NCBI GenBank assembly: GCA_002269645.1
Contig: NIVC01001008.1
Coordinates: 62,001-126,000, forward strand
Direction: 5' to 3'
From: Macrostomum lignano
Lineage: Eukaryota
Length of the DNA: 64,000 nt
Numbering within the stretch: position 1 is the stretch's first letter; each line of letters begins with the position of its first letter. Made by a program: the position numbers and the translations under genes. The notes under the pieces were generated by a model. It was not told where the DNA came from and searched no databases. It saw nothing but the letters and a program-made list of their open reading frames with translations. Of the stretch, positions 60,320 to 64,000 are shown piece by piece.

Positions 60320-63300
60320 TTCCCCCTTTTGTCAATAAAAAGTTGCATTGTCAGTTATCCGGAATTATTCACTGTAATGCAACCGATCCGGTTTTTTTCA
60401 ATTTGCTTCGATCCCTCAGTATCCTTGTGCCCACGCCTTCTGCTCCAGAGTCAGCGTCATCCTGGTCTGTGTCCGCTGTCTGAGATTCTCCTCGGCTTGG
60501 CACGTCTTGGACCGGTTGAGTTGATTCACTCTCTCGCCGCTCTTTCTCGGTGGTAGTTTTGTCGCTCTGAACTCTCCTAGGATCCTTCAGAATAGGCGGT
60601 AGGTGATGAGCCTCCGGCTTGTTCTGTCCAGGTAATTCTGCACTGACAATTTGGTCGACGTGTCGCTTCCAGACTTGTCCGTTGACCAACAGTCAATAGG
60701 ACAGCGGTCCTGTGCGGGCGATCACCTTGGCAGAAATCCACCTGTTTTCTCGCTCCCTTCTGAAGTCCAACGTCAGAACTGAGTCTCCTTCTTGAAATTC
60801 TCGAATAGTTGATCCTCTCTCTATTTGTCGTTCAGTGACATCCGTCTGCTTGTTTAACACTCTTGAGTAAGCATCCGGCTTAAGAAAATCCAACCGTGTC
60901 CTGCGACTGTAGCATAACATCATCTCTGCTGGTGTTCTACCGGTTGTTGAATGAGGTGTACTGCGATAGCGAAACAGAAAGTTCTGCATGCTCAAGATTG
61001 GATCACCGTGAGTCTTAATTCCTGCTTTGATAGCAGACTTTGCTGTTTGCACCATTCTTTCACTAAGTCCGTTGGTACGCGGATGTCCAACAGCTGTCAA
61101 AATCTGTCGGATGTTATTCCGCTCTAGGAAAGTACGGAACTCAGCTGAGCAGAACTGGCTTCCATTGTCACTCAACACTTGCTGTGGGATGCCAAATCGT
61201 GCGAAAGTTTCTCGTAGACATTCTATCGTCCTGTTGGTAGTTGCGTGCTTCATGGGAAAGATCTCAACCCATTTACTTGTTGCATCGACTATAACAAGCC
61301 AGTAGTATCCATGGAATGGTCCCATGTAGTCCAGTTGAATTCGAGTCCAAGGCCTTTCTGGCCAGACAAGAGGCTGAACTGGTGCTTGTGCAGGCAAATT
61401 CCTTTGCAGCTGACAGCCTTCACAACTATGGACTAGGGCTTCTATAGCCTTGTCGATTCCTGGGAACCATACATGCAGTCTAGCTATGGATTTCATTGCA
61501 ACAATTCCTGGATGTCCATCATGAAGCAGTTCTAACACAACCTGTTGTAAGCTTCTTGGAATAATTACTCTTACTCCCCAAAATAGCACACCTTGCTCAA
61601 TGCAAAACTCGTTCCGCTTCCTGAAGTACTGTTCCAGCTCTTGCTCACAGGTGTCTGGCCAACCATTTTGACAGTATCGAACAACTCTCTGAAGCTGTGA
61701 ATCTTTCTGTGTCTCGGTTCGTATTGTTTCTGCGTTGACTGGTAGCATTTCTAGCCTGACCTCCAAGACACGATCAACCTTGCTGATATTACCAGGCACT
61801 GGGAGACGTGAAAGTGCGTCAGCATTAGAATGATCCTCTGTTCTTCTGAATTTGATGGTATACTGATGGGCAGAAAGCAACACGGCCCAGCGCTGAAGTC
61901 TGCTTGCTGCTATGCTAGGAATGTCCTTCTTATCTCCAAAAATGGTCAGTAGGGGTTTATGGTCAGTCACTAGTATAAAATGATGTCCAAAAAGATATTG
62001 GTGAAATCTTTTAACTCCGAATACGATGGCCAGCGCTTCTTTCTCTAGTTGAGAGTAGTTGATCTCAGGTTTTGTTAGAGTTCTCGAAGCAAATGCTACA
62101 GGCCTTTCCTCGCCATTGGGCATCAAATGTGAGATGACACACCCGATTCCATATTTGGAGGCGTCCGTTTGCAATACAAGCTGCTTCTTAGGATCAAAAT
62201 GAGCCAGAACACGCTCAGAAGTTAGAGTTGCCTTCACTTTCTCGAATGCTGCCGAACACGCCTCACTCCAATGAAACTCTGCGTCTTTGTGCAATAGTCT
62301 GTTGAGAGGTACCAGTATTGATGATAGGTTTGGAATAAACTTTCCATAATAGCTGATCATTCCTATCAAGGAACGAACCTCTGACACGTTAGTTGGTGTT
62401 GGAGCTTCATGAATTGCCTGAACTTTCTCTTTCGAGGGATGGATTCCCGATTCATCGATAACGTAGCCCAAGAATTCAATTCTATTTAGGCGGAATTCAC
62501 ACTTTTTCCGATTCAAATGCACACCGTGAGCTAAAAGACGTTCTAATACAGCTTCCAGTCTTTTGTCGTGGTCTTCCAAACAACTGCCGGATACAAGAAT
62601 GTCGTCTATATAGACAACCACTTCCAAGCCTTGTAAAATTTTCTCCATCGCTTCTTGAAATTGTGCAGGGGCCGATGCCAGACCCATTGTTAGTCGCTCG
62701 TATTGGAACAAACCCAGATGTGTGTTAATTGTAGCACGAATCCTCCAGTTCCAGTTGTAAAAACGCTTGCGAAATATCCAATTTCGAGAAGACTCTTCCA
62801 CCATTAAGAGTTGCGAAAATTTCTTCCGGTTTCGGCAGAGGGTACTTGTCAACTTCTTATTGGGGATTAACGGTTCTCTTAAAATCAGCGCAAATCCTTA
62901 CGGATTTTCCATCGCGCTTCAAAACTGGGACAATCGGAGATGCAAAGTCTGATGCGCTCACTTTTTTATTATGCCTTGAGCTTGCAAATTCGCCAGCTCC
63001 TCTTCAATGAGGCTTTTGATCGCAAATGGCACCGGTCGACTCTTACAAAACTTTGGAATGAAGTTTTCTTTCAACAGTATTCTGGCCTTTAACCCTTTGA
63101 TAGTGCCAAGGCTTTCAGCAAACACTTGATCATACTTCTTCATTAACCGCTCGATAGGTGGAACCAACGTTGTTGTTTTCACATGGGCAAATTTGCTCTA
63201 GTCAATTTTCAACGAAGAGAGCCAGTCCCGACCTAGAAGATTCACTCTGTCTCCCTTCACAACAAGCGCAGTTAGTTGATACTGTCTTTCCTGATAGTTA

Positions 63301-64000
63301 GTTACGATAACAGTAGCTTCGCCCAGAACTGGTATGAGATGATCTGTGTAACTTGACAGTCTAACATTAGATTTAGACCACCTTAAGCCAATTTTCTTGC
63401 CAGTATTTTCGTTAATAAGGGTCTTGTCTGCGCCAGTATCCAGTTGGAAATTTACAAAATGCCCATTTATATTTAACTCGCACATATACGGTGCTGATCC
63501 ACTAAAGCCAGCCATTCCTGTAGCAAACACAGTCCTGATCTCGGAATGCTTGTCTCGACCACTGCAGTCCGAACCCTCACTTTCTGACTCACTGTCGAAA
63601 TTCCGCGCGTAATGCACCTTACCGGACTTCCCACGTTTTGAAGAGTTGAATCGCTTCGACCTGCCACTTCCAGACTCTTTTGCCTTGTCCTTTGTACGGC
63701 ATGCATCTCTAAGATGTCCTACTCGGCCGCATTTGCTGCACGTTTTATTCCTATATGGACAGCTCCTTGCCCAATGATCCTTCGCGTTACAGCGGAAACA
63801 TCCATCTTGGGCGCGGCTCCTTTTCCCATGTTGAGCTGCAGTTGATTGCTTGTTAGTTTCCTTCGAGAAATTGACACTATGACCGACTCCTGTGGCGGAG
63901 GTGATAGTCACGACTCCTCGCTCTGCTGCTTCTATCGCAGTCGCTAGCGTTAATGCACCCGACAGGGTCAGTGTCTCTTCTTGTAGCAATCGCTGCTGGA
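60098..64000 (-). mobile_element. Ty3/Gypsy LTR retrotransposon (Mag/K02A2.6-like), inactivated, 5' part outside the window
   Basis: Order gag (two CCHC knuckles) - PR (FQLDTGAD) - RT (YIDDILV) - RNase H (QTDASKYGIG) - IN (HDGHPG..C..C, LDYMGP, DNGSQF, NGLSER). In-frame stops at 63198-63200, in early RT and at 60693-60695; frameshifts near 62960 and 62735. Confidence 0.95.

Noticed and set aside
63198-63200. TAG after the protease as programmed read-through
   Set aside because: It replaces an expected Trp codon (IDW), lies after rather than before PR, and the element has other disabling lesions.

Overview
Eukaryotic genomic DNA with GC-rich exons and GT-AG introns packed with unrelated minisatellites. 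The style suggests a free-living flatworm such as Macrostomum; this is an inference, not a database result. Manual splicing with phase checks supports these genes: two tandem paralogous CUB-like + C-type-lectin-domain single-pass receptors with PPxY tails (-), TANGO6 (-, 6 exons), a divergent 12-exon ionotropic glutamate receptor-family gene (+), an intronless universal stress protein (+), an ANKRD46-like tail-anchored ankyrin protein (-), an atypical SLC6 transporter (-) and a truncated SLC6 paralog (-). A dead Ty3/Gypsy LTR retrotransposon runs off the right edge. Also present: a CORE-type SINE, two LINE 3' fragments, a Helitron-like element, MITE/foldback elements, a 7-copy unclassified dispersed repeat and about 25 tandem arrays. 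Most long ORFs in the supplied track are minisatellite by-products. Best leads: (1) a receptor gene with no in-frame ATG whose signal peptide starts exactly at a phase-0 acceptor 295 nt downstream of TANGO6, as expected if a spliced-leader AUG supplies the start codon in an operon; (2) the uncharacterised receptor pair; (3) an SLC6 with altered gate and Na+ residues; (4) an iGluR with a rewritten M3 gate; (5) a stop-free, in-frame minisatellite intron in TANGO6.
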